64,000 nt of DNA from Kiritimatiellia bacterium (lineage in GTDB: Bacteria; Verrucomicrobiota; Kiritimatiellia; CAIQIC01; Lenti-01): assembly GCA_017540905.1 (NCBI GenBank), contig JAFYAC010000018.1:42344-106343 (forward strand). The letters run 5' to 3'. Shown one piece after another: positions 1-9,175 of this stretch. How positions within the stretch are numbered: the stretch's first letter is position 1; each line of letters begins with the position of its first letter. Below the pieces are notes generated by a model. That model saw only the letters and a program-made list of their open reading frames with translations. It did no database searches and had not been told where the DNA came from. A program made the position numbers and the translations under genes.

Positions 1-1
1 C

Positions 2-373
2 GCAGTGGGAGTATGCATGCCGGGCGGGCAGCACGGGGGCGTATGGGGGGACGGGGAGGCCGGAGGACATGGGATGGTTTGGGGACAACAGCGGGGAAAG
101 ACTCACCCGGTTGGTCGGAAGGCCCCGAATGCGTGGGGGCTGCACGACATGCACGGGAACGTGTGGGAGTGGTGCTCGGACTGGTATTATGGGGATTATC
201 CCAGCGGAGAGGTGACGGATCCGACAGGGGCCTCGTCCGGGTCGAACCGCGTGAGGCGGGGCGGGTGCTGGGACGACTACGCCCCTGTCTGCCGCTCGGC
301 GGACCGCTACGCCAGCGACCCGTCGAGCACGAGCAACGGCCTGGGCTTCCGCCTCTCCTGGAGCTCGTCCTGA
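2..373 (+). CDS. Formylglycine-generating enzyme (FGE/SUMF1) domain protein, C-terminal fragment; gene begins upstream of window
   Basis: Translation contains the FGE-sulfatase domain signature GLHDMHGNVWEWCSDWY ... RVRRGGCWDDYAPVCRSADRYASDPSSTSNGLGFRL. The reading frame is open to the window edge. Confidence 0.75.
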   Translation, partial: AVGVCMPGGQHGGVWGDGEAGGHGMVWGQQRGKTHPVGRKAPNAWGLHDMHGNVWEWCSDWYYGDYPSGEVTDPTGASSGSNRVRRGGCWDDYAPVCRSADRYASDPSSTSNGLGFRLSWSSS

Positions 374-408
374 GGCAACGACACGACCGTTTCTGTGGCT
401 CCGCAGAC

Positions 409-492
409 GTTTCCCTCCCACATGGTCGCGCGGAAGCGCGACCCCGGTGCGCTCTCCACGGGGAGGGCCGCACTTCTGCGCGTCCGCGAGCG
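409..492. repeat. REP-like double-hairpin intergenic element, copy A (hairpin GGTCGCGCGGAAGCGCGACC plus a second hairpin ending GCGCGTCCGC)
   Basis: Two adjacent perfect or near-perfect inverted repeats. Near-identical to 50897-50977, partial copies at 11040-11230. Confidence 0.6.
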
Positions 493-600
493 ACACAATG
501 GATTGAGGCCACACTGTTTCATAGACCTCTCCAGCCGTTCCGGAACCTTGTGCGCCGTGAAGATTGACAAAGAACCCAAACCGGCAAAAAATCCACTGCC

Positions 601-1605
601 ATGAACAGGAAAGAAATCGTCACGGCGTTCAGGGATGTCCTGGACGGGTCGAAACTGGCGCACAAGGTCGATACGGCCATACGACCCGGCTCCATCGTCA
701 TCCGTTTGGGCTTGAAGTGCGGGGGCCGGATCGGCCTCGTATGGGGGCTCTTCGAGTTCAAAGGCACGGGAATCCGCATCTATGGCGTCGCTCCCGGCCT
801 CGGCGAAGCGAAGAACTTCCCCGAGTTGTCCAAGCTCCTGGCGATGGTCAACCGCGGCATGGCGGCGGGCTGTTTCGAGTTCGAAGCGGCCAGCTACCAA
901 ATCCGTTTCAGGCATTTCGCCGACTGCACGGGGTTTGCGGAGGTCCCCGCGGGATTCGTCTGCGACACCCTGCTGCTGCCCTTCGAGATGTTTGCCCGCC
1001 ACGGGGACTCCTTCGTGGCCCTCGAAGAGGGGTTCCCCGACGCTTCGCTTGCCTTCGGCATGGCCCGCACCGACGGCGGATTCGATGTCCCCGGATGCAA
1101 TCCCGGCGACACCGGGGAGCCCGGGATGGACAAGGATGCCATCTTTGCCGCCGTCATGCGGTATCTGGAGGCCGTGGGGGCCGAATGCGAGGTGGAGACC
1201 ACCCCGGACGGATACACCCTGTCCTGTCCGGCGTCCGGCACGGGGAGCCCGCTCAAGGCCGTTCCGCAAACGTTCGAGATATGGGGGACGCACCTGGCCG
1301 TCAGCGCGCATTGCCCCGTCCAGGCCGCGCCCGGGCACGTCGCCGAAACCGCCAAGTTCCTGGCGTTGGCCAACTACAACCTGATTCCGGGCCGTTTCGA
1401 CCTCGACGTGGCGACGGGGAAGGTTTGCTACCGCCACTGCGTCGACTGCGCGGGGTTCGCGGAGCTGCCCATCGAAACGCTCTCCCGCTTCTGCCCGATC
1501 CCCTGCCTGATGCTCCGGCAATACGGCGACGCCATCGCCGCCGTGGCCACTGGGCGGAGCGATGCCGAATCGGCGCTGGCCCAAGCCAAGAAGAAAGGGA
1601 TGTGA
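601..1605 (+). CDS. YbjN-like domain hypothetical protein (two tandem YbjN-like halves)
   Basis: Clean 334-aa ORF with an internal duplication resembling YbjN/putative sensory-transduction-regulator domains. No precise function assignable. Confidence 0.45.
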   Translation: MNRKEIVTAFRDVLDGSKLAHKVDTAIRPGSIVIRLGLKCGGRIGLVWGLFEFKGTGIRIYGVAPGLGEAKNFPELSKLLAMVNRGMAAGCFEFEAASYQIRFRHFADCTGFAEVPAGFVCDTLLLPFEMFARHGDSFVALEEGFPDASLAFGMARTDGGFDVPGCNPGDTGEPGMDKDAIFAAVMRYLEAVGAECEVETTPDGYTLSCPASGTGSPLKAVPQTFEIWGTHLAVSAHCPVQAAPGHVAETAKFLALANYNLIPGRFDLDVATGKVCYRHCVDCAGFAELPIETLSRFCPIPCLMLRQYGDAIAAVATGRSDAESALAQAKKKGM

Positions 1606-1683
1606 GCGGGAAGCCCCGGCTTCCCGTTTCCGTCCGAGCGGTTTCCCGGGCGGCCCGGGACGGCAAAAACCGCGGGGCGGAAG

Positions 1684-1736
1684 TTTTCCAATGATTGGAA
1701 AAAAATTTCGGCCGTTTTCCAATGATTGGAAAAAAG
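1684..1736. repeat. Two tandem palindromic units TTTTCCAATGATTGGAAAA between convergent genes
   Basis: Perfect 9-bp half-sites around a central G, twice. The same unit recurs 3 times at 61255-61318. Confidence 0.6.
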
Positions 1737-1782
1737 TTTCGGGGGGCCGCCGGGGGCTTTGCGGGGAGCGGGACGGGCGCCG

Positions 1783-2985
1783 TCAGGAGCGCGCGGGGCG
1801 GAGGACCAGGACGGTGAGGGCCGGGCGGTGGAACAGGCGGAAGGGGAGGCCGTTCCATTGGGAGGCGCCGGGGGAGACGTGGAGGGTGGTCGTCGGGGAG
1901 AGGGGGTAGAGGCCGGAGAGGTGGCCTTCGTTGAAGGCGGAGACGACGAGGTCGAGGGGCGGGAACTGTCCGGCATGGGTGTGCCCGGAGAGGATGAGGT
2001 GGACGGGGGCCTCCTCCAGGGGGGCGAGTTGCGTGGGGCGGTGCTTGAGGAAGATGCGGTAATCGCCGGGGAGGGGCGGGGCCGCGGAGAACCCGGAGGT
2101 GGCCAGGCGGGAGGGGAGGGTGGCGCCGGATTGTTCGTCATCCATGCCGGAAACCAGGATGCGCGCGGCGCCGCGGGGGATGGCGGCGGTCCGGCCGTCG
2201 AGCATCTCCATGCCGAGGGAGGCGTAGATGGCGGACCAGTCGGGGGAGAGGGCGGGGGGATACCATTCGTGGTTGCCGGTGCAGGCGTAGAGGCCGTCCG
2301 GGGCGCGGAGTCCGGCCAGGGGCGCCAGGGCGGGGGCGAAGCGGGCGGGGGCGCCGTCGGCGTAGTCGCCGGTCAGGCAGACGAGGTCGGGGGCCGCGGC
2401 GTTGGCGCGGCGGACGATGGCGCGGGTCCGCCACGCCCCGGCCATCGGGTCGGCGTGGATGTCGGAGAGGTGGAGGATGCGGTAGCCGTCGAGAGCCGGG
2501 GAAAGCCCTTCCACGGGGACGTCGAGGACCTCCACCCGGGGCGGGAGGATGGCCGTGGCGAAGGACGCCAGCACGAGGATGGCCGCGGCGGCGGAGAGCA
2601 CGGCGGCGGCGCGCCGGAGGGGGAATGTTGCCGCCGGGCGCCCGGCAATCCGGCGGACGAGGAGGACGGGCAGGCGCAGGAGCCACCAGGCGAGGTGCCC
2701 GACGAAGAGGAGGGTGGTGAATCCGCGCAGGAGGTGGAGCGCGGCGTAGAGGGGGGCGGGGATGTCGGGCATGAACCAGCTTCCCCCCACCAAGCGGAGG
2801 ATGGGCTCCTTGGCGGCGTCGGCCAGGAGGACGGCGACGCAGGCCGCCCGCCAGGGCCGGGAAAGCCGCAGGGGGCGGACGAGGAGGAACCAGAGTCCGA
2901 TGTCCACCAGGACCGGACGGACGAACGCGATGGCAAACCACAGGTACATGCCCGGAAGGGTGGGGAAGGCGGGAGGGGATGTCAA
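1783..2985 (-). CDS. Membrane-anchored calcineurin-like metallophosphoesterase
   Basis: Hydrophobic N-terminal third, then the phosphoesterase motifs LHLSDIHAD, GDYADG, GNHE and SGHTH. Confidence 0.8.
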   Translation of the reverse strand: MTSPPAFPTLPGMYLWFAIAFVRPVLVDIGLWFLLVRPLRLSRPWRAACVAVLLADAAKEPILRLVGGSWFMPDIPAPLYAALHLLRGFTTLLFVGHLAWWLLRLPVLLVRRIAGRPAATFPLRRAAAVLSAAAAILVLASFATAILPPRVEVLDVPVEGLSPALDGYRILHLSDIHADPMAGAWRTRAIVRRANAAAPDLVCLTGDYADGAPARFAPALAPLAGLRAPDGLYACTGNHEWYPPALSPDWSAIYASLGMEMLDGRTAAIPRGAARILVSGMDDEQSGATLPSRLATSGFSAAPPLPGDYRIFLKHRPTQLAPLEEAPVHLILSGHTHAGQFPPLDLVVSAFNEGHLSGLYPLSPTTTLHVSPGASQWNGLPFRLFHRPALTVLVLRPARS

Positions 2986-3078
2986 GAAGGTTTGGTTCTT
3001 CGGGAATTATAGTGGACGGGGAGGATTGCCGAGAGATCGTGGAGAGATATTTGGAGCATGGAGAACGCGCGAGCATTC

Positions 3079-3365
3079 GCCCCCCTCCGAGAGGGGGGGG
3101 CCGCCCGGAGGAAGATGGCTTGAGGATTGCGAGCGCGGAGCGGAAGGAAAGGGCGGCGGGGGGAGTACTGCGGGGGGCCGTGGATGCAGGCTTTCGCATT
3201 CGCCATCTGCGGAGGAATTGATTCTTTTGTTGCGGTGTGAAGTCGTGATTGCCGCGACGGCCGACCGCAGTACTCCCCCCGTCGCGGCCCCTGCCGCTTG
3301 TCGTTTGCCATCCATCCGCTTTCCATTCATGGCCGCGCCACCCCCCTCTCGGAGGGGGGCGGGGC
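3079..3365. repeat. Nested inverted-repeat (MITE-like) element, copy 1
   Basis: Outer palindromic units CCCCCCTCCGAGAGGGGGG / CCCCCCTCTCGGAGGGGGG flank inner inverted repeats GGGGGGAGTACTGCGG / CCGCAGTACTCCCCCC. Same architecture at 42866-43228. Confidence 0.5.
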
Positions 3366-3601
3366 CTGTCGCCCTTCTTGCTCCTTGCATTCGTGGGATT
3401 CCAGAGGTGGTTCCACGATAATCCCCGTAGGACCGAAGGTTTGCGGAGGGGGGTGTTCATGGGGGGAATGGTGCGGTAAATGCGCGGATTGGCGCGGAGT
3501 TTTCCGTAATTGCAAAAGTGGATGGGGGGAGGGCGCGGGGAGGGGAGTCGGATGGGGCGGAGGGTGGCGAAAAAAAGGTGGGGAAAAGAAGCTTTGGCGG
3601 C

Positions 3602-3631
3602 TTGACGGGGCGGGGGAGGGGTGGGTATAAA
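3602..3631 (+). promoter_or_regulatory. Candidate sigma70-type promoter (TTGACG - 18 bp - TATAAA) upstream of the TPR/ExbBD operon
   Basis: Seen directly about 65 nt upstream of the ATG at 3697, in an otherwise GC-rich stretch. Confidence 0.3.
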
Positions 3632-3696
3632 CGGGGGCGTCGGCCGGGGCATGGTCGCCCGGGCCGGACAATTGCTTCGACATCGCGACGACGGAG

Positions 3697-6564
3697 ATGG
3701 TGAACGTTATGAAGAAGAGTTTGTGGACTTCCGCGGGCCTCGCGGCCGCGGTCGCGGCCCTCTGCGCGCTTCCCGCGGCGGCGGACCAGGTGGATGACGA
3801 TTTCGCGTTCGCGTCGGGGTTGGTCTCCTTCGAGCCTTCCTTCGCGGACTTCGCCCAGAAGGTCGTGGACAATCTCACCGCCAAGGACCCTTCCCTCAAG
3901 GACCGCGCGAAAATCGTCCAGGCGGAAATCTTCATCAAGCGCCGCGACTTCGACAAGGCGGAGGCGCTCATCAACGAGCTCGGGGCCTCGAACCCGAAGG
4001 CGCAGGCGATCAGCCTCTCGCTCGGCATGAACTATTTCGCAATCGGCAACACGGACAAGGCCCGCGCGCTCTACGACGCGTTCTTCAAGCAGTACGAGGG
4101 CCGCGAGCCGACGGACCCGGACGTGAAGCTCCGCTACCGCGACGCCGCCTACCACTACGCGCAGATGCTCGAAATGGCCGGCGACCCGCTCGGCGCCAGC
4201 GCCTGCTACAAGCGGGTGGAGGACATCGAAAGCGACCGCGGGACGAAGCGCTCGATGCAGATCCGCCGCGCGCAGATGCTCGTCAAGGCCGCGGAACAGC
4301 GCGGCGGCGACGAGCGCAACAAGCTGCTGGACGAGGCGGTGAAGATCTGCGAGGACCTGCAGTGGGGCGGGCTGGACATGCAGTTCGTCGACTCGGTCGT
4401 GGTGCTCGCGAACGTGGAACTCGCCCGCGGCAACCGCGAGAAGGCGCGCAACGTGCTGGCGAAGAACATGGACATCATCAAGCCCATCGACGACTCGCTC
4501 GCGGAGATGGGCCTCTCGATGAAGGACAGCCCGATGGCCGGCGCCCGCTCGCTGCGCGGCCGCCTCCTGAAGGAGGACGCGGACGCGGCGGCGAACGACC
4601 CGTCGAAGACGGACGAGGCCATCAAGCTCTACTCGCAGGCGCTGACGGAATACTACAACGTCTTCGTGAAGTACGGCGACAGCTCCTGGGGCCCGACGGC
4701 CGGCATGATCGCCAAGGAAATCAAGGGCATCCTCGAAAGCAAGTACGGCAAGACCGTCAAGATCAGCCTCCCCGAGAACCTCTCCAGCCAGGCGGCGGGG
4801 ACGGAGTTCGCGATGGCCGACAACCTCTTCCGCCAGCAGAAGTACGAGGAGGCCGCCGCCGAGTACCTCAAGGTCCTGGAGCAGTTCCCCGAGGCGGGCG
4901 ACCTCTCGGTGGGCGCGCTCGCGCAGCTGCTGCAGTGCTACATGAACCTCGAACGCCCCTTCGACGCCAAGATGGTCGCGAACTACCTCGGCGAACGCTT
5001 CGCCAAGAAGAGCCCCATCCCCGCCAAGGGCCTCGTCTCCGCCGGCGCGCTCTACGACAAGAAGGGCGACGCGGGCATGAGCAAGTACATCTTCGACGCC
5101 TACCTCAAGTACTGCCCCGACGACGCGCAGGCCGGCAAGATCCTCTTCTGGCTCGCCTCCAAGGCCGAGCAGGCCGGCAACATGAACGAGGCCAACGAGT
5201 ACCTCGCCAAGATCATCACCGACTACAAGGAGGACCAGAACTATCCCAAGGCCCTCAGCAAGCGCGCCTGGAAGGCCTACGCCGACCAGGACTACGAGGG
5301 CACCATCGAGGGCATGAAGCTCTACATCGAGGAGTCCACCCCCAGCCCCAACCGCGCGCAGGCCATGTTCGCCCTCGGCGCCAGCTACCGCGCGCTCGGC
5401 AAGCTCCCCGACGCCGTCAAGCAGTTCAACGCCCTCGTCAACGCCATCACCCCCGAAAACAACCCCTACGGCAACACCCCCGAGGACCGCGAGCGCAACA
5501 AGAAACTCCTCGAGCAGGCCCGCTTCTACCTCGCCTTCTGCATGAGCCGCCTCGAAATGCCCGACCCCGCCAAGTCCAAGGCCATGAAGCTCGCCGCCAT
5601 CCAGAAGCTCGACGCGTTCATCAACGACTATCCCCAGTCCACCCTCGGCGCCAAGGCCCTCAACCTCAAGGGCGCCCTCCAGATGGCCGTCGGCGACGCC
5701 GGCGCCAACGACACCTACGCCCGCCTCGCCCGCGAGTTCCCGGACACCGACGAAGGCAAGAACGCCCAGTTCGCGCGCATCGACGGCGCCCTCGGCCTCG
5801 GCCGCACCGACCAGGCCAAGGAAGCCCTTTCCGCGATGCTTGCCAACGCCAAGTCGTACTCGGTGGACGAGTTCGTGCGCGTCGGCCAGGCGATGCTGGA
5901 GCACGAGCAGTGGGGCGAGGCCGCGCAGGCCTTCCAGCAGGTCGCCGACCGCGAAAGCGAACTCTCCGGCCGCGACGAGCGCACCACCCGCTCCATCATG
6001 GAACGCGCCCTCTACGGCCTGGGCGAGGCCAAGTACCGCCTCGGCGACTCCGAGGCCGCCAACAAGGCCCTCAACGAACTCATGACCCGCTGGCCGATGT
6101 CCGGCATGTTCTTCAAGGCCAAGTTCATCATCGCCCGCGCCAGCCGCGACAGCGGCGACCGCCAGGCCGCCCTCCTCGCCCTCAAGGACATCTTCTCCCG
6201 CGCCCGCGAGCCCGAACTGGTCAACGACGCCAAGCTCATCTACGCCGACATCATGAAGGAGAGCGGCGACGACACCCAGGCCTTCGCCATCTACAAGGGC
6301 ATCGAATACTTCGGCAGCGGCAACATCAAGAGCGAGAAGGAGCGCCAGCAGGTCTCGGAAGCCATCCTCGCCGCCATCGAACTCGGCGAAAAGATGGAGC
6401 GGCCCACCGACGTCGTCGAAAGCTGCGACGTCTTCCTCAAACTCTTCCCGATGAGCCCCAAGGTCCAGGAAGTCCGCTCCAAGCGCACCCGCGCCGGCCT
6501 CCAGGCCGAGACCGAGGCCGCGGCGGGCGGCGACGCGGCCGCCGCCGCGCCGGGGGCCCCGTGA
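3697..6564 (+). CDS. Secreted TPR-repeat protein (955 aa)
   Basis: N-terminal signal peptide MKKSLWTSAGLAAAVAALCALPAAA, then many TPR-like helical repeats. First gene of the operon with exbB/exbD. Confidence 0.8.
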   Translation: MVNVMKKSLWTSAGLAAAVAALCALPAAADQVDDDFAFASGLVSFEPSFADFAQKVVDNLTAKDPSLKDRAKIVQAEIFIKRRDFDKAEALINELGASNPKAQAISLSLGMNYFAIGNTDKARALYDAFFKQYEGREPTDPDVKLRYRDAAYHYAQMLEMAGDPLGASACYKRVEDIESDRGTKRSMQIRRAQMLVKAAEQRGGDERNKLLDEAVKICEDLQWGGLDMQFVDSVVVLANVELARGNREKARNVLAKNMDIIKPIDDSLAEMGLSMKDSPMAGARSLRGRLLKEDADAAANDPSKTDEAIKLYSQALTEYYNVFVKYGDSSWGPTAGMIAKEIKGILESKYGKTVKISLPENLSSQAAGTEFAMADNLFRQQKYEEAAAEYLKVLEQFPEAGDLSVGALAQLLQCYMNLERPFDAKMVANYLGERFAKKSPIPAKGLVSAGALYDKKGDAGMSKYIFDAYLKYCPDDAQAGKILFWLASKAEQAGNMNEANEYLAKIITDYKEDQNYPKALSKRAWKAYADQDYEGTIEGMKLYIEESTPSPNRAQAMFALGASYRALGKLPDAVKQFNALVNAITPENNPYGNTPEDRERNKKLLEQARFYLAFCMSRLEMPDPAKSKAMKLAAIQKLDAFINDYPQSTLGAKALNLKGALQMAVGDAGANDTYARLAREFPDTDEGKNAQFARIDGALGLGRTDQAKEALSAMLANAKSYSVDEFVRVGQAMLEHEQWGEAAQAFQQVADRESELSGRDERTTRSIMERALYGLGEAKYRLGDSEAANKALNELMTRWPMSGMFFKAKFIIARASRDSGDRQAALLALKDIFSRAREPELVNDAKLIYADIMKESGDDTQAFAIYKGIEYFGSGNIKSEKERQQVSEAILAAIELGEKMERPTDVVESCDVFLKLFPMSPKVQEVRSKRTRAGLQAETEAAAGGDAAAAAPGAP

Positions 6565-6608
6565 GGGACGCAAGAGCGGGAACACGATTTAGAACCAGGA
6601 GAAAGAGC

Positions 6609-7397
6609 ATGAAAACGATGAAACAGACCGTGATTTTCCTCGCCATCGCCCTCACCGCGGGCGCCGCGCTCGCGAACCCCTACGTCATCCTTCCCGACGG
6701 ACGCCGCGTGGAAGGCACCGCCATCCGCGCGACCGCCACCGGCGACATCAACCTCACCACCCCCCAGGGCATCCGCACCATTCCCAAGGGCCAGTACGTC
6801 AAGGCCGTCGCCGACGAACCCGCCGAATACAAACAGGCCCTCGCCGCCGAAAAGGCCAAACAGTACCCGCAGGCCGAGAAGCTGCTGGGCGACATCGTCA
6901 CCAAGTACCGCGGCCTCACCTGGGACGTCGAGGCCTCCAAGGTACTCGGCCGCGTCCTGATCGCCAAGGGCGACGCCACGGCCGCCGTCGCCGCCTACGA
7001 CAAACTCTTCGTCCTCAGCCCCGAGGAAAAGAAGAACCCCGACACCCAGTGGGCCTACCGGGGCGCCCTCCTCGCCGCCAAGCAGTACGCCGGCCTCGCC
7101 CGCCAGCTCGACGCCGTCGCCGCCTCCGGCTCCCGCCCCGACGCCGCCAAGGCCCAGATCATGCGCGGCGACATCCGCCTCGCCCAGAACGACGTCGAAG
7201 GCGCCGCCATGGACTACCTCCGCACCGCCATCCTCTTCGCCGACGTCAAGGACCCCGCCATCCAGGGCGAGGCCTGCTTCAAGGCCGCCCAGACCCTCGA
7301 ACAGATGCGCGACCCGCGCGCGAAGGAACTCTACGGCAAGTGCGCCCGCGAGTACGCCTCCTCGCCGTACGCCGCCCAGGCCCGCGGCAAGATGTGA
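6609..7397 (+). CDS. Secreted TPR-like protein (262 aa)
   Basis: RBS AGGAGA, signal peptide MKTMKQTVIFLAIALTAGAALA, TPR-like helical C-terminal half. Confidence 0.6.
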   Translation: MKTMKQTVIFLAIALTAGAALANPYVILPDGRRVEGTAIRATATGDINLTTPQGIRTIPKGQYVKAVADEPAEYKQALAAEKAKQYPQAEKLLGDIVTKYRGLTWDVEASKVLGRVLIAKGDATAAVAAYDKLFVLSPEEKKNPDTQWAYRGALLAAKQYAGLARQLDAVAASGSRPDAAKAQIMRGDIRLAQNDVEGAAMDYLRTAILFADVKDPAIQGEACFKAAQTLEQMRDPRAKELYGKCAREYASSPYAAQARGKM

Positions 7398-7441
7398 GGC
7401 CACGGAAAGAACCCATTTAAAAAAGCAAAGGAGAAGACATC

Positions 7442-8212
7442 ATGTCCAAGAAAGTTCGTTTGGCGTTGTGGATCGCGGCCATCGCCGCGGTGTTGTTCGT
7501 TCCCGCCCTCGCCTGGGCCCAGGAGCTCGAAGGCGCGGCGCTCGAGGAGGAAGCCTCCTCCGGCGGCGGCATGGGCCTGTGGGCCATCATCGCCGGCAGC
7601 GGCTGGCTCGGCATCGTCCTGTGGAGCGCCCTGATCCTCGACTCCATGGCCGCCGCCTACCTCATCATCGACTTCTTCATCACCGTCAGCCCCAAGCGCA
7701 TCATCCCCGACGCCCTTGTCAACGACGTCCGCGAAGCCATGGAGCAGGGCGACGTCATGAAGGCCATGCAGCGCTGCGAACAGGAGCCCGGCTCCCTCTC
7801 CAACATCCTGCTCGCCGGCTTCCGCAACGTCAAGGAAGGCTTCGACGTCATCGAAGAGCAGGTGGGCGCCGCCGCCGACCTCGAGAGCGAAAAACTCATG
7901 CAGCGCGTCTCCTACCTCAACATGTGCGGCTCCATCGCCCCTATGCTCGGGCTGCTCGGCACCGTCCAAGGCATGATCGCGGCCTTCGCCAACCTGGCCA
8001 CCAGCCAGGCCGGGGCCGCCCAGCAGTCCATGCTCGCCCTGAACATCGCCCAGGCCCTCTGGACGACCGCCGGCGGCCTCGTCGTCGCCATCCCGGCCGT
8101 CTCCTTCTACACCTACTTCAAGAACCGCCTGAGCCGCATCATCCTCAGCATGGAAGGCCTCACGCTCGACCTCATCAAGGCCCTGCGCAACGTCGAGGTG
8201 GTGGAGGAATAA
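7442..8212 (+). CDS. exbB: MotA/TolQ/ExbB family proton-channel protein
   Basis: Characteristic transmembrane segments and C-terminal motif (GMIAAF ... LNIAQALWTTAGGLVVAIPA). Followed by two exbD/tolR genes. Confidence 0.85.
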   Translation: MSKKVRLALWIAAIAAVLFVPALAWAQELEGAALEEEASSGGGMGLWAIIAGSGWLGIVLWSALILDSMAAAYLIIDFFITVSPKRIIPDALVNDVREAMEQGDVMKAMQRCEQEPGSLSNILLAGFRNVKEGFDVIEEQVGAAADLESEKLMQRVSYLNMCGSIAPMLGLLGTVQGMIAAFANLATSQAGAAQQSMLALNIAQALWTTAGGLVVAIPAVSFYTYFKNRLSRIILSMEGLTLDLIKALRNVEVVEE

Positions 8213-8240
8213 GCCTCCACCCCGCAACGGGGTACGTACC

Positions 8241-8651
8241 ATGAAGAAAAAGTACGCAGATGCCAAGCTGGACATGACGCCGATGATCGACGTCGTGTTC
8301 CAGCTCATCATCTTCTTCATCACCACCGTGGACATGGAGAGCAAGGCGCTCGAGACCAAGGTCCGCATGGCGATGTCCCCGAACGGCCCGGTCGAGGAAA
8401 CCAAGGACCCCCGGACCGTCATCGTGGACGTGGACAAGGACGGGAACATCCAGATCCAGCAGACCACCCTCTCCGAGGGCCAGCTGCTGGCCGTGCTCAA
8501 GAAGGCCGTCGTCGCCTCCGGACAGAGCACCCCCGTCGTCATCCGCGGCGACTACCAGGCGAAGCACGAGCAGATCAAGCGCGTGATGGACATCGCGGGG
8601 CGGGCGGGCCTCTGGAAGCTCCGCTTCGCCGCGCTCAAGGAAAAGGCGTAA
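8241..8651 (+). CDS. exbD: ExbD/TolR biopolymer transport protein
   Basis: N-terminal MTPMIDVVFQLIIFF motif typical of ExbD/TolR. Confidence 0.85.
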   Translation: MKKKYADAKLDMTPMIDVVFQLIIFFITTVDMESKALETKVRMAMSPNGPVEETKDPRTVIVDVDKDGNIQIQQTTLSEGQLLAVLKKAVVASGQSTPVVIRGDYQAKHEQIKRVMDIAGRAGLWKLRFAALKEKA

Positions 8652-8663
8652 AGGAGGCCCCCC

Positions 8664-9077
8664 ATGGCCAGGAAACGCAGAGGCATCGACGCCCCCGAAG
8701 GCGAACTGGAAATGACGCCGATGATCGACGTCGTCTTCCAGCTCCTCATCTACTTCATCGTCACCATCAAGCCCGTCGACGTGGTGACCAACCTGGACGT
8801 CTTCCGCCCGGCGCCCAACCCCAACCAGCCGCCGGACACCAAGCCGCCCAACCTCCTGCGCATCGGCGTCTACCAGGACGGCTACACCCTCAACGACAAC
8901 CCCGTCAGCCTCGACGCCATGGACAGCGCCCTCGCGCGCATCGCCCGCATCGACGCCGGCCAGACCATCATGGTCACCGTATCGGCCTTCTCCGAACACG
9001 GTTCCCTGGTCCGCGCCCTCGACCTGTGCGCCAAGAACGGGCTCAAGAGCCTGTCCATCGTCAGCGCCTCCAACTGA
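8664..9077 (+). CDS. exbD: ExbD/TolR biopolymer transport protein, second copy
   Basis: MTPMIDVVFQLLIYF motif, paralog of the preceding gene. Confidence 0.85.
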   Translation: MARKRRGIDAPEGELEMTPMIDVVFQLLIYFIVTIKPVDVVTNLDVFRPAPNPNQPPDTKPPNLLRIGVYQDGYTLNDNPVSLDAMDSALARIARIDAGQTIMVTVSAFSEHGSLVRALDLCAKNGLKSLSIVSASN

Positions 9078-9175
9078 CCCCCGCGGCGGCGGCATCCACC
9101 GGCACCGGAGACCCACCCACACACTGAGGAAGAGACAACCCACGGGAACACCCACCCCGGCGAAAGGCAGAAACC

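Noticed and set aside
4362-7397. Very long alternate-frame ORFs overlapping confirmed genes. Examples: 4362..7397, 3457..6585, 8882..11500, 16443..18434, 20926..22650, 22391..25036, 55119..60053, 55927..60105, 47840..49987.
   Set aside because: Typical stop-codon-poor artefacts of 65-70% GC DNA. Translations are Arg/Pro/Gly-rich low-complexity with no domain signatures, and they overlap ORFs with clear conserved motifs.
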